From the human T2T-CHM13v2.0 reference genome, Homo sapiens, in the NCBI RefSeq assembly GCF_009914755.1, contig NC_060925.1: 64,000 nucleotides of DNA, one strand, 5' to 3'. This document shows, in pieces, positions 61,512-64,000 of the stretch. Within the stretch, counting starts at the first letter, position 1, and each line of letters opens with the position of its first letter. The notes beneath the pieces were generated by a model that had not been told where the DNA came from, made no database searches, and saw nothing but the letters and a program-made list of their open reading frames with translations. Position numbers and translations under genes: made by a program.

Positions 61512-61740
61512 ATTTTTATTTTTATTTTTTTAATTGACCTATAATATTGTATGTTTTTACTATGCACAACATGGTACTTTGAAGTACATATACATTGTGG
61601 AATGGTTAACTCTAGCTAGCCGTTATGGAAAACAGTATGAAGGTTCTTAAGACATTTAAAAATAGAGCTACCATGGGATCCGGCAATCCCACTACTGGGT
61701 ATATATCCAAGGAAATAAAATCAGTATGTTGAGATAATTG
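61512..61740. mobile_element. L1MA-type fragment with internal inversion (3' end on -, adjacent piece on +)
   Basis: Poly-T and reverse L1MA 3' end to ~61617, then sense-strand gccgttatggaaaacagtatg...gcaatcccactactggg. Confidence 0.7.
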
Positions 61741-61761
61741 CTTGGAATCCCCAACATAATC

Positions 61762-64000
<2,239 letters not shown>

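Overview
Repeat-rich primate (almost certainly human) genomic DNA with no intact protein-coding exon. The one firm gene is an intronless tRNA-Arg(TCT) at 54651-54724 (-). I recognise its sequence as the neuron-enriched isodecoder tRNA-Arg-TCT-4-1 (mouse n-Tr20). From recall, that places the window at 1q23 between the canonical AIM2 promoter (left, outside the window) and CADM3 (right, outside). The tRNA is bracketed by two minus-strand Pol II-type exon candidates: 60042-~60140, with a TATA-like box and RFX X-boxes upstream, and 53471-53651. These fit a long upstream AIM2 5' leader that hosts the tRNA in its first intron. The rest is mostly Alu, L1, L2, MIR, MaLR/ERV LTRs (including a full-length THE1 provirus) and DNA-transposon relics, and most long ORFs in the track come from these. 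Items worth a second look: an LTR-interrupted, decayed chemoreceptor-like (V1R-like) frame at 1.06-2.04 kb; a possible pyrin-domain relic at ~9.6 kb; an ISRE/EICE cluster at 16.8-17.1 kb; an Alu+L1 composite under one TSD; a templated-insertion repair scar at 40.5 kb; and CTCF, RE1-half-site and E-box motifs near the tRNA. Repeat subfamilies and old-repeat boundaries were assigned by eye and are approximate.
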